Source: a bacterium (GTDB lineage: Bacteria; UBA8248). From it: 64,000 nt of DNA. The translations under genes were made by a program, and so were the position numbers. The notes under the pieces were generated by a model. It did no database searches. It had not been told where the DNA came from and saw only the letters and a list, made by a program, of their open reading frames with translations. This document shows, piece after piece, positions 41,188-50,699 of this stretch (within the stretch, counting starts at the first letter, position 1; each line of letters starts with the position of its first letter). The stretch is taken from positions 544,001 to 608,000 of the forward strand of contig CBDATS010000005.1 of the NCBI GenBank assembly GCA_965200245.1. Direction: 5' to 3'.

Positions 41188-42153
41188 ATGCGCAAGATTC
41201 TCATCACGCTCGCCATACTATTGCTCTCTGTTCCCGCTCCTGTCCTTGCAGCGGGGGAACGGATTCTCGTCACGAATACGCGCGACGGCACACTGAGCGT
41301 CATCTCGCGCGATACGCACGAGGTCATCAAGACGATTCCCGCGGGCAGAAAGGCGAACCGCCTCTCTCTGGCACCTGATGGGCGCCACGCCTATATTATC
41401 AACGACGGCAGCGCCTTCGTGCGCATCTTCGACACGCATACGCTCAAGTTCGTCCGCCGTGTACGCGCGGGGCGCGACCCATACAACCTCGCGTTCACGC
41501 CCGACGGCGCGCTCGCCTATTTCGTGAATACCTATTCGGACAATGTGACGATCCTCGACGTCACAGCACTCAAGATCATCGGCCTAATCAAGCACGGGGG
41601 AAACAATCCGGTGAACATCAAGCTAAGTCCCGATGGCCGCTATGCCTTCGTGGCGAACGAGTTGAGCGAGGATGTCTCCGTCATCGATCTCAAGACGAAA
41701 AAACCGATCAAGCAGATAGAGGCAGGCCACTACATTGAGGGCATCGACGTGACACGCGACGGTAAGCGGCTCTATATCATGAATGGAGAGCGGCATTCCT
41801 ACAGCGTGGTCGACTTGGACACATTCGAAATCATCCGGATCATCAAACTCTCCGGCGAGCCGCACGATGCCCTAATCACGCCGGACGGGAAATTCCTTTA
41901 TGTCACCCTCCCGCACAGGAACCGGGTGTCGGTCTTTTCGCTCCCCACGCAAAAGCGCGTCGCCAACGTGAGGCAGGGGATTCGGCCCGACCTCATCGCC
42001 TTCACGCCAGACGGTGCGCTCGCCTATGTAACGAATAGGGATTCGAAAGAATTGTTCGTGATGGACGCCAAAACACACCGAAACATCCAGAAAATCCGCG
42101 TGGGAAACGGCGCGCACGGTGTACTCGTAGTGCCTGCCCCACCTACGAATTAA
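41188..42153 (+). CDS. Secreted YVTN/YncE-like beta-propeller protein
   Basis: Signal peptide; repeated 'TPDG..AYVTN....VSVID' blades. Confidence 0.85.
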   Translation: MRKILITLAILLLSVPAPVLAAGERILVTNTRDGTLSVISRDTHEVIKTIPAGRKANRLSLAPDGRHAYIINDGSAFVRIFDTHTLKFVRRVRAGRDPYNLAFTPDGALAYFVNTYSDNVTILDVTALKIIGLIKHGGNNPVNIKLSPDGRYAFVANELSEDVSVIDLKTKKPIKQIEAGHYIEGIDVTRDGKRLYIMNGERHSYSVVDLDTFEIIRIIKLSGEPHDALITPDGKFLYVTLPHRNRVSVFSLPTQKRVANVRQGIRPDLIAFTPDGALAYVTNRDSKELFVMDAKTHRNIQKIRVGNGAHGVLVVPAPPTN

Positions 42154-42613
42154 GGCTTCCGCTTCATTAACGGCGCAAGTTACTTTTTGTCTTCGTGCAT
42201 CATATGCGGGATGCGACTCCCACTCCCGAATAACTTCCCCAGGAGGGAAAAATGGCGCAGTCGAAGTACTGACGCTCTAGTTTCGGCCACGCACCCCTTG
42301 ATTTCGCTCCTAATAGTCGTCGGACGATGCCTGCTTATCTGGTACGAACTGAAACTGATGCAGTGTGGAACCGATAGAAGAGAAACAAAAAAGCACACAG
42401 TTGCACGAACGAACAATTGCTGCATTGAATTAACCGCCACCGAGAAGCGATAAGAACTCTGGAAACCTTGATCGAAAAGAACGTCGCAGTGAGCGAAGAG
42501 AAAGGTCGCCGCTTTGCCTGATTTCCTCGGCATTCCCTATAGGGTCACGAACCTTTGTCGATGGAAAACTCACTTGCCCTCACAGGCCAGTGTGTCGTAC
42601 GACTCCGGCGGTC

Positions 42614-43498
42614 TTAATAACCCTCGCCTGTGGCACAGCGAAAGCCGATTTTGTTGTTCGTATAATCGGGAGAGCGGTGGTAGCGGTTGTGGGCCGTAGC
42701 CCAAGCGACAGGGCTGCCCCAGGACGCGCCGCGCACGACTCGCGTTTTCCCCTTCGCGGGGCCGTGCGGGTCGCGCTCGGCCATTTTCCTATAAGCTTGC
42801 GAACGATAGCGGTCGGCCACCCATTCCCAGACGTTGCCGGACATATCAAGCGCGCCAAAGGGGCTTGCGCCTTTCGGGAAACGGCCCACGGGTGCTACAC
42901 CGGGGAATCCATCCTTGCCTCCCTTCAGGTTGGCTCTCATCGCCTCGCGCATCTTGCCCCAAGGGTAGCGCCTCCCGTCTCCGCCGCGTGCCGCGCGCTC
43001 CCATTCCGCCTCTGTTGGCAAGCGCCTACCCGCCCACCGACAATAAGCTTCCGCATCGACCCAACTCACGTGAGAGACGGGTTGCGTTGGTATAGTTTTC
43101 CAACTCGATTTCGATCCCTCGGGTCGTTGCCAGTCCGCGCCCTTCGTCTTTCGCCAACTGCCCTTCCCCTTCCTGAGGGAAGCATCCCAAGTCCAGGACC
43201 ATTTCCGTTTCTCGGCCGTCGTTTTGTATCCAGTCTGTGCGACGAAGTTCGCGAAGCGCTCAGCCGTCGCTTCCTCCCGGTCGATCCAGAAACCCGAGAC
43301 GAAGATTTTCCGTGGCGGGCGTTCGTCCTTATCGCCCGATTTATCCCCCATCACGAACCACCCAGATGGAACGTACACAAGCGTCGCGCCGTCAAAGCCG
43401 GACACTCTCTGCTTGACCTGTTGCGCCTCTACAAACGAACCGGTGATACCCAGGAAATTGGTTAGGATCAGACAAACAAGAAATCGTGGGGGAAACAT
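42614..43498 (-). CDS. Formylglycine-generating-enzyme-like (SUMF1/EgtB/PvdO) domain protein
   Basis: 'RLPTEAEWERAARG', 'DMSGNVWEWV' and 'IGFRCA'; signal peptide. Confidence 0.88.
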   Translation of the reverse strand: MFPPRFLVCLILTNFLGITGSFVEAQQVKQRVSGFDGATLVYVPSGWFVMGDKSGDKDERPPRKIFVSGFWIDREEATAERFANFVAQTGYKTTAEKRKWSWTWDASLRKGKGSWRKTKGADWQRPEGSKSSWKTIPTQPVSHVSWVDAEAYCRWAGRRLPTEAEWERAARGGDGRRYPWGKMREAMRANLKGGKDGFPGVAPVGRFPKGASPFGALDMSGNVWEWVADRYRSQAYRKMAERDPHGPAKGKTRVVRGASWGSPVAWATAHNRYHRSPDYTNNKIGFRCATGEGY

Positions 43499-43565
43499 AC
43501 GCGCTCTTATTTCCTTGTTACTGGCGATGAAGAGCGAATCGAAAACACCCGAGACAAACGAAAAG

Positions 43566-43994
43566 CTAGTCCCTCAGCGGGTCTCTTGGGTCGTCCACGA
43601 ACGTCGTGCCCGCTGCTTCCTTGTTAGGCATCGCTCCGTAGGTGAATATCAACTCCGCCGGCTCGTCCACGCTCGGATTCTCCTGGCCGTGAATGCAGCC
43701 GCAGGGAAAATAGACGAAGTGGCCGACGGGAACCACTTTTCTCTCAATCTCCTCCCCCTCTTTCCAGTAGATGTTGATAGGGCCTTTCACCACATAAATT
43801 GTGGTATCGCAGTTCTTGTGATAGTGCAGCGCATTGCGGCCTCCAGGGGGGATGATGGTCCTTCCCATCGTGATGGTATCTGTTCCCGTTGTTTCCCGGT
43901 TCACACCCCAGCGGATGTCATAGGGCGGTTCATAGGCCTTATCCTCGTCTATGTCGAGAGAATTTACGACTTGCGGTATCGGCAGATCCGCCAT
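43566..43994 (-). CDS. Cupin-domain protein
   Basis: 'IPPGGRNALHYH' and 'YFPCGCIHG'; GGAGG RBS. Confidence 0.85.
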   Translation of the reverse strand: MADLPIPQVVNSLDIDEDKAYEPPYDIRWGVNRETTGTDTITMGRTIIPPGGRNALHYHKNCDTTIYVVKGPINIYWKEGEEIERKVVPVGHFVYFPCGCIHGQENPSVDEPAELIFTYGAMPNKEAAGTTFVDDPRDPLRD

Positions 43995-44038
43995 GTGCTC
44001 ACCTCCATAAATGTGGGCAAACCCAGATTGTTCCCACC

Positions 44039-45265
44039 CTATCCCTCGGGTGAAGTCGTCCAGGATACGATGTCCTTCTCTCTCAAGTCCTCGAGTTCCT
44101 CGGCCCCCATGCCGAGCAAATCGCCCAACACCTCTCTCGTGTGCTCTCCCAAGTAGGGCGCACGCTTATACTTTATCTCCGTGCCCGGCAACGTGATGGG
44201 CGGAGCCAAGAGCTTTATCTTTCCCGCCGCGGGGTGATCCACCTCCACAATCATGTTGCGCGCGAGAGTTTGAGGATCTTCCATTGCCTGTGTCACGGTG
44301 TTCACTGGCGCGAAAGGCACGTGTCCCTGGAGCAGAACGGTCCACTCCGCGTTCGTTTTCCCCCGGAACGCACGTTCAAGGATATCAAGCAGAGCCTCGC
44401 GGTTCTCGAAGCGATCCTGGGCCATCCTGAAGCGCGGGTCTTCGGCGAGTTCCGGCATGTCCATGCGGTCGACGAGAATGGGAAAGAAACTCTGCTTGAG
44501 GCAAAGCACACTTATCCACCCGTCTTTGGTCTCGAAATTCTGCGCGGGCACCATAGAGGGATGCGCGCTGTGGGAGAATTTCTGTGGCGTATAGCCGCAG
44601 TTGAGCGTCCAGGTAGCCATGTAGGCAAGTTGCACCAAGGCACCGTCCATCAGCGCCACGTCAACATCCCTCCCCCTTCCGGTTCGGTTCGCCTCCCAGA
44701 GCGCGGCCAAAAGGCCGACGAGCGATATGAAACCGCCCGAAAAATCCACGAAGCTCACACCCGCCTTGGTGGGGGGGCCGTCAGGCTCCCCTGCCAGGTA
44801 CATGATGCCCGTATATGCTTGCATGAGGTAGTCATAGGCTGGCTCACCAGCTCTGGGACCCGTCATCCCGTATCCCGAAAGGAAACAGCACACAATCTTC
44901 TCGTTGTAGGGGCTTAAGTGCTTGTACGTGATTTCGAGTTTCTCGGGCGCCGTGCCCCTGCAATTCGCATAGAGCGCATCCGCTTTGGGGACGAGCCTGC
45001 GCAGTATCGCTTTGCCCTCTGGCGTGCGAATCCGGAGCGCGACGCTTTTCTTGTTGCGGTTTAAAGACTGGAAATAATAGCTGTCGTTATTCGGAAGTGA
45101 ATAAGGGGGGACAGGCCGTGCAGAATCGCCACCCACGGCGTGATCCTCTATCTTGATGATTTCCGCCCCCATGTCCGCCAACAGTTGCGAGGCCAGCGGT
45201 CCCGCGCCAAACTGCTCCACCGCCAGTATCCGAAGTCCCTCCAGCGGTAGTTGACCGTCCATCAA
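44039..45265 (-). CDS. CoA-transferase family III (CaiB/BaiF)
   Basis: 'AGPLASQLLADMGAEIIKIE', 'LNRNKKSV' and 'APYLGEHT'. Confidence 0.92.
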   Translation of the reverse strand: MMDGQLPLEGLRILAVEQFGAGPLASQLLADMGAEIIKIEDHAVGGDSARPVPPYSLPNNDSYYFQSLNRNKKSVALRIRTPEGKAILRRLVPKADALYANCRGTAPEKLEITYKHLSPYNEKIVCCFLSGYGMTGPRAGEPAYDYLMQAYTGIMYLAGEPDGPPTKAGVSFVDFSGGFISLVGLLAALWEANRTGRGRDVDVALMDGALVQLAYMATWTLNCGYTPQKFSHSAHPSMVPAQNFETKDGWISVLCLKQSFFPILVDRMDMPELAEDPRFRMAQDRFENREALLDILERAFRGKTNAEWTVLLQGHVPFAPVNTVTQAMEDPQTLARNMIVEVDHPAAGKIKLLAPPITLPGTEIKYKRAPYLGEHTREVLGDLLGMGAEELEDLREKDIVSWTTSPEG

Positions 45266-45529
45266 TCAAACCCTTTCCCGAATTTCCGACCGAGCAGTTC
45301 ACGCTGCCACGCAGTACGAACCCTTAGTAATATCAACGCTTTCGAGCCCAAGTACGTTCATCTTCATTCCTGAGCACAATGAGGGTATTACAAAACGTGG
45401 TGAAAGTATATTTGCGGTTTCTATTGCGCCGCGTATTTTGCTACAGTTTGCTTTGTATCGACTTGATCTTCAGTTTTCAATTCACCCGAAAGGCTGAGTC
45501 TTTCATCATTTCAGGGAATACATTTATTT

Positions 45530-46276
45530 ATGGTCACTAAAATATCGATTCAAAACTTAAGAAAAATCTATGATACCCCCGAAAGGCGGGTTCATGCCTT
45601 GGAAGGTGTGAACCTCGACATCGAGGACGGCGAGTTCATTTGCTTCGTGGGGCTTTCAGGCTGCGGAAAGACGACGTTGCTCAACATGTTGGCGGGTTTC
45701 GTCGAAATCACCGCGGGGACAATTACTATGGACGGAAAGCCACTCACACAGGACTACGACAAAGGCGTCGTCTTCCAGGAATACGCCCTCTTCCCGTGGC
45801 GCACAGCTAGGCAGAACGTGGAATACGGCCTTGAGATCAGAAACGTGCCCGAGGGGGAGCGCAAAAGAATCGCATTAGACTTCTTACGCCTCGTTCGCCT
45901 CGAGGAGTTTGCAGAATTTTACCCCCACAGCCTCTCGGGTGGCATGCGCCAGCGTGTAGCGGTGGCGAGAGCCATGGCGTTCGACCCGCAAATTCTCCTG
46001 ATGGACGAACCTTTCGGAGCGCTCGACGCCCAGACGCGCGAAGAGTTACAAGAATTGACCGTCGACGTATGGCAGAAAACGAAAAAAACGATTCTCTATG
46101 TCACACACAACCTGAGCGAAGCCGTCTACCTTGGGAACCGGATCGTGATTTTCGTTCCGAATCCGGGAAGGATCCGCGAGATCGTGAAGGTGGATCTGCC
46201 CAGACCCAGGGATGACCTCGCACCCGAGTTCATCAAACTACAACGAAGAGTCAACGATTTGATTCGCGATTTTTAG
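45530..46276 (+). CDS. Nitrate/sulfonate/taurine-type ABC ATP-binding protein
   Basis: GLSGCGKTT, 'VFQEYALFPW', LSGGMRQR and 'DEPFGALD'. Confidence 0.9.
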   Translation: MVTKISIQNLRKIYDTPERRVHALEGVNLDIEDGEFICFVGLSGCGKTTLLNMLAGFVEITAGTITMDGKPLTQDYDKGVVFQEYALFPWRTARQNVEYGLEIRNVPEGERKRIALDFLRLVRLEEFAEFYPHSLSGGMRQRVAVARAMAFDPQILLMDEPFGALDAQTREELQELTVDVWQKTKKTILYVTHNLSEAVYLGNRIVIFVPNPGRIREIVKVDLPRPRDDLAPEFIKLQRRVNDLIRDF

Positions 46277-46289
46277 AGAGGAATTTTCC

Positions 46290-47213
46290 ATGCAGACATC
46301 CCAGGCAGCATCCGCTCCGCCGTCGCTGGATGAGAAGAAAAAAGTGAAATCGTCTCTCTTGGTGAAGCTGAGACCTATTTACCCGTTCATCGTCATCCTC
46401 GCCATCTGGCAGGTCGCAGCCATGCAGGCCAGAGGCAACCAAGGAAGGCTCTTCCCGACCGTGGACGCGATTGCCTACCGGGCTTGGGAACTCATTACGG
46501 ACCCCCTGTTCCGGGAACTGGCTGAAAACCCGAACCTCGACCTCATGGGTCAATTCTGGAAACTCCTGGAGAGTCCGATACTCCTCCACACACTAAACAC
46601 AGCGTGGCGACTACCGTTCTCGTTCTTCATCGCCGCTATCGTCGGCACCATCGTGGGCATTCTGATGGGCCGCTTCGCCTTCTGGGAATCGTTCTTCGTC
46701 CCTCTTCTCTCGGTGCTACTGCCGATTCCGGCCATTGCGTGGACACCTATCGTTGTCATCTGGTCGGGTTTGGGGAACAAGACGGTCATTGTCATCACCG
46801 CTTTTGCTTCGTTCCTGCCTATCGCCATGGCTGTCTGGACAGGAGTGAAAACCGTGAACCCAGTATGGATACGCGCGGCCCAGTCGATGAACGCGGACAA
46901 GATGACGATTTTCCGTACCGTCGTACTGCCCGGTTCACTGCCGATGATTCTTAGCGGCATGCGCATCGGCTTGGCACGCGCTTGGCGCGCTGGCGTCGGC
47001 GCCGAGGCGTTCGCGGGCATCCGCTGGGGACTTTCGGCCGGAATCTTCGACGCGCAGGAATACCTCGACATTGCGTTCATGATGGTCGCTCTCGGCGTTC
47101 TCGGCCTGTTTGGCTTCGTTCTGGAGAAAGCGCTCTTCCAGCCCATCGAAAGCCGCACCGTAATTCGCTGGGGGATGATGGAAGCGATGGGCGCGCAGGA
47201 CAAGAAGGTCTAA
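46290..47213 (+). CDS. Nitrate/sulfonate/taurine-type ABC permease
   Basis: 'PIPAIAWTP' and EAA-like 'RAAQSMNA..IFRTVVLPGSLP'. Confidence 0.9.
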   Translation: MQTSQAASAPPSLDEKKKVKSSLLVKLRPIYPFIVILAIWQVAAMQARGNQGRLFPTVDAIAYRAWELITDPLFRELAENPNLDLMGQFWKLLESPILLHTLNTAWRLPFSFFIAAIVGTIVGILMGRFAFWESFFVPLLSVLLPIPAIAWTPIVVIWSGLGNKTVIVITAFASFLPIAMAVWTGVKTVNPVWIRAAQSMNADKMTIFRTVVLPGSLPMILSGMRIGLARAWRAGVGAEAFAGIRWGLSAGIFDAQEYLDIAFMMVALGVLGLFGFVLEKALFQPIESRTVIRWGMMEAMGAQDKKV

Positions 47214-47239
47214 CCAAATAAATTTCAAATTACCAGGAG

Positions 47240-47268
47240 CCGGGGGTGCGTTGCGTACCCCCGGTTTT
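47240..47268 (+). terminator. Rho-independent terminator
   Basis: ccgggggtgcg-ttg-cgtacccccgg followed by tttt, 27 nt after the permease stop. Confidence 0.7.
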
Positions 47269-47414
47269 CGTGCAGAAAGATGATTTCCTACACGCGTTAC
47301 TGCCGTTATATTTTTGGGGAACCCTACGGCGTGAACTAGAGACAGCATAAAGAAACAGGGATCAAGAGAAGAGGCATCCTGCAAATGCAGGATTGAACCA
47401 AAAAACCGACTCAA

Positions 47415-47480
47415 GAACAAGAAACCCCCGGGAGTTTCGCGCCCCGGGGGGGGGGGGGGGTTCGTGCTTTTTCTTGTTCG
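47415..47480 (-). terminator. Terminator hairpin containing a G15 tract
   Basis: cccccggg...cccggggg stem flanked by gaacaagaaa / tttcttgttc, directly after the binding-protein stop. Confidence 0.55.
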
Positions 47481-47484
47481 TTGA

Positions 47485-48474
47485 CTAGTTGTAGCCGATA
47501 TCTTTCGCGGCCTTACGTAGGATGGAGTCATCCAGCCAAGGAATCTTCGTGAAGTCGGGGCGGCTCTTGATCCAGCCGAGCTTAATCTGCTTGTCGCCCA
47601 TGTCGTTCAGGTAGTTCTTTACCCGATCGGTAAGGAAAACCTCGGTCTTGAGCTTCTTGAGAGCCTTGAGCGTCGTGCTCACCTTGGCCTTGTCGCCCAC
47701 CTCGTTCAGCGCCTTGGTGTAAACCTTCGCATATTTCTTGGGGTCGTTTTTCAGCAACTGGTGCGCCTTCAGCCAGCCCTTGAAGTACTTGTAGATCATA
47801 TCGGGGTGCTTCTTGATGGTTTGGGGGTTGCCCACATGCATCATGCTCGTGTTGTCGTATTTACAAAGATCCTCAAGGTAGCGCACTATGCCCTTCTCAC
47901 GGGCGATTTCACCTTGCGGTTCACCGATCATAGCCGCTTGAGCGGCGCCGGACACCAAAGCTGCAATGCGCTCGGTAGTGCGGACGCTCAGAAGAGGGAA
48001 GTCCGAACTCTTGAGGCCATAAGCGGGAATGACGTAGGACTGGAAAGCAAAATCCGTGCTCGTACCCTTCTTGTTGGCGAATACCGAACCCTTGAGGTCC
48101 TTCAGGCTCTTCGCTTTCGAATTCGCGGGCACGATGATGTTGATAGCGGCGCAGATGTTCGCCGTCACTCCGATGGCCGTTATTTTGGCACCCTTGGATA
48201 TAGCCGTGGTGAAGGGCGAGAAACCCGTGGTACCAGTATCCAGGTTGTTCTGAATAATGGCATTGCGCATCAGCTTGCCCTGTTTGAAGTGGCCGATCGA
48301 ATACTTGAGGCCTTCTTTTTTCCAGTAGCCCATGCGGTCGGCGAGGATTTCATAAGAACCCCACATGCCACGGTGCGCGCCGACACGCAACGAAGCCGAA
48401 TCGGCGGGCGTGGCCACTACGAACGTGCTTGCCACAAACGCGGCGGCCAATACAAAACCAACAAACCTTTTCAT
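47485..48474 (-). CDS. ABC substrate-binding protein (SsuA/TauA/NMT1-like)
   Basis: Signal peptide, 'SLKDLKG..FANKKGTSTDF'; GGAGG RBS. Confidence 0.88.
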   Translation of the reverse strand: MKRFVGFVLAAAFVASTFVVATPADSASLRVGAHRGMWGSYEILADRMGYWKKEGLKYSIGHFKQGKLMRNAIIQNNLDTGTTGFSPFTTAISKGAKITAIGVTANICAAINIIVPANSKAKSLKDLKGSVFANKKGTSTDFAFQSYVIPAYGLKSSDFPLLSVRTTERIAALVSGAAQAAMIGEPQGEIAREKGIVRYLEDLCKYDNTSMMHVGNPQTIKKHPDMIYKYFKGWLKAHQLLKNDPKKYAKVYTKALNEVGDKAKVSTTLKALKKLKTEVFLTDRVKNYLNDMGDKQIKLGWIKSRPDFTKIPWLDDSILRKAAKDIGYN

Positions 48475-48728
48475 GCCTGTTCCTCCTTCAAGTGAATGAA
48501 AACTGCCATAGTAAAACTAAAATATTACGGAAAAACGCAAGATCTTCGGAGCAGGAATTCTCACTATGACGGAAACCTATACCAGCGGTTCAAAGCCTCC
48601 TCTCAAGCTGTGAAAAGAGATAACCTGCCCAAAATGAACTCCGTTTTCACGTAACCATGAGATTATTATACAACATGCGCAGAGAATACAACATGCAAGG
48701 AGGTTGTTCCGTTGCCTCTTCTGCGTCG

Positions 48729-49320
48729 TCAGGTTGTAGCCGATGTCTTTCGCGGCCTTGCGGAGGATGGAGTCACCCAGTCAATGGAAATTCATGAAGT
48801 CGGGGCAACTCTTGCTCCAGCCGATCTTGCTCTGCTTGTCGTCCATGTCATTCAGATAGTCCTTTACCCTGTTCGACAAGAAGAACTCGGAGTTGATCTT
48901 TTTCACGACCTTTAGAGTGGTGCTTACCCTAGCCTTGTCGCTCACCTCGTTCTGCACCTTGGTGCAGGCCTTAGCGTCGCTAATAAGTAACAGATGAGTC
49001 TTCAGCCAGCCCCTGAAATTCTTCCAGAAGAGTTCGGTGTGCTTCTTGATCGCCTGTGGATTGCGGATTGCCCACGCGCATCATGCTCGTGTTGTCGTAC
49101 CTGAAGAGAACCCGGGAATAATGAACCTGTCTCATGAGCGATTTCACCCGGTGGGTCGCCGACCGTGGCTACCTTGGCGGCGCCGGACATCAGCGTGGCA
49201 ATGCGCTTGGTGACGCAGACCGCTCAAGAGCGGGAAGTTCGATCTCCCGATGCCAAGCGCGGGAACGACGGAGTACAGGAAGACAAAATCCGTGCTCGCG
49301 CCCTATCTTGTTGGCGAACA
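48729..49320 (-). pseudogene. Decayed tandem copy of the 3' part of the 47485-48474 binding-protein gene
   Basis: Colinear nucleotide similarity, e.g. gttgtagccgat[a/g]tctttcgcggcctt, gcatcatgctcgtgttgtcgta and aaaatccgtgctcg; many indels and no intact ORF. Confidence 0.85.
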
Positions 49321-49384
49321 AGGGTAGTTTGTCCATTTCGTCGAATGGCTTTTTGGGATATGGAAAATTCCGGGCGCAATAATA

Positions 49385-49462
49385 TGGCGGGGCTGACGGG
49401 ACTCGAACCCGCGATCTCTGGCTTGACAGGCCAGCGCGATAACCAATCTTCGCTACAGCCCC
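49385..49462 (-). tRNA. tRNA-Asp(GTC)
   Basis: Cloverleaf: acceptor GGGGCTG/CAGCCCC, anticodon arm CTGGC-CTGTCAA-GCCAG, T-loop TTCGAGT, G73 and encoded CCA. Confidence 0.96.
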
Positions 49463-49580
49463 CATGGGAATACCGCCCGAAGGATGTCGGTTTATAGCTT
49501 GCTCTCGGGTCGGAAGTCAACACGAAAAAACTACGTTCCACTTCAAAAGTACACCGAAATTCCATAGAGTGAATCTTCGC

Positions 49581-50657
49581 TCAATCCAGTATCGAACCAA
49601 GAGATTCCCCCTCCGCGAGCCGCACCACCCCGTTCTCGGTTATAAGGGCGTCCACGAAACGAGCAGGCGTCACGTCGAACGCGGGGTTGAAGACGCGCAC
49701 ATCCTCAGGCGCGACACTCACGCCGCCGAAGGATCGGACCTCCTCCTCGGGGCGCTCTTCAATGGGAATGTCCTCCCCCCCTTTCGCCTCGTTGTCAATG
49801 GTGCTCGTCGGCGCCGCCACGTAGAAGGGAACACCGTGCTCCCTAGCGAGCACAGCGAGGCTATAGGTACCAATTTTGTTGGCGAAGTCGCCGTTTGCGG
49901 CCACGCGGTCGGCGCCCACGACAATCGCGTCTATCTTGTCCAGACGCATACAGTGCGCGGCCATGCTGTCTGTGATGAGCACGACGGGAATGCCATCGCG
50001 GCTCAACTCCCAGGCGGTTAGGCGCGCTCCCTGCAGAAAGGGTCTGGTTTCGTCCACATAGACTTCCCGTACCCGTCCATCCCGGAACCCGCTGCGAATC
50101 ACCCCGCCTGCCGTGCCGTAGCCTGCGGTCGCCAACACACCCGCGTTACAATGTGTAAGAACGCTACTCCCTTCCAGTAGCAAAGCGGCGCCCAAATCGC
50201 CTATCCGGCGACAAATTGCAGCATCTTCCTCGTGCATCACTTTGGCCAAGCGAAGGAGTTCTTCAGCTAGCGTTTCGGGCGCGGAGTCACATTTATCGAC
50301 GTGTGCCATTATTTTTTCAATCGCCCAGAAGAGGTTCACCGCCGTGGGGCGTGTGGCGGCGAGCAACCGCACCGCCCGTTCGAGTGCCTCATGCTGCGCA
50401 TCGGCACCCAAACCCGCATGACGGGCAGCAGCCAGGGCAATGCCGTAGCCCGCCGCTATCCCGATGGCGGGCGCGCCTCGTACCGCCATGCTCCTGATGG
50501 CTTCGACCACCTCATCTTCCGTGCGGCACTCGAGATACGTCTCCTCACGGGGCAGTTTCCGCTGATCAAGCAAAACAAGCGCATCGTCTCGAAACGCAAT
50601 ATGGTGAAAGTTTCCCTTAGTCTCTTTTTGCCCGTTCATTCCAGTCCTCTCATTCAT
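49581..50657 (-). CDS. mtnA: S-methyl-5-thioribose-1-phosphate isomerase
   Basis: 'VRGAPAIG', 'RPTAVNLFWA', 'LTHCNAG', 'DETRPFLQGARLTAWEL' and 'NPAFDVTP'. Confidence 0.95.
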   Translation of the reverse strand: MNERTGMNGQKETKGNFHHIAFRDDALVLLDQRKLPREETYLECRTEDEVVEAIRSMAVRGAPAIGIAAGYGIALAAARHAGLGADAQHEALERAVRLLAATRPTAVNLFWAIEKIMAHVDKCDSAPETLAEELLRLAKVMHEEDAAICRRIGDLGAALLLEGSSVLTHCNAGVLATAGYGTAGGVIRSGFRDGRVREVYVDETRPFLQGARLTAWELSRDGIPVVLITDSMAAHCMRLDKIDAIVVGADRVAANGDFANKIGTYSLAVLAREHGVPFYVAAPTSTIDNEAKGGEDIPIEERPEEEVRSFGGVSVAPEDVRVFNPAFDVTPARFVDALITENGVVRLAEGESLGSILD

Positions 50658-50699
50658 TACTTCATAAGAGCGAACGCCTCCTGTGCCACCACGTTCAGG

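Noticed and set aside
41188-42153. Beta-propeller as a TTQ enzyme (methanethiol oxidase or amine dehydrogenase) or cd1 nitrite reductase
   Set aside because: The protein has no Trp and no CxxCH, so it can neither form TTQ nor be NirS.
42590-44156. Long plus-strand ORFs (291 aa, 310 aa) and similar antisense ORFs elsewhere
   Set aside because: They are shadows of well-supported genes on the opposite strand in GC-rich DNA and have no motifs.
4027-49385. tRNA-Asp-anchored genomic island or prophage
   Set aside because: No integrase or phage genes, and I saw no duplicate of the tRNA 3' end in the window.
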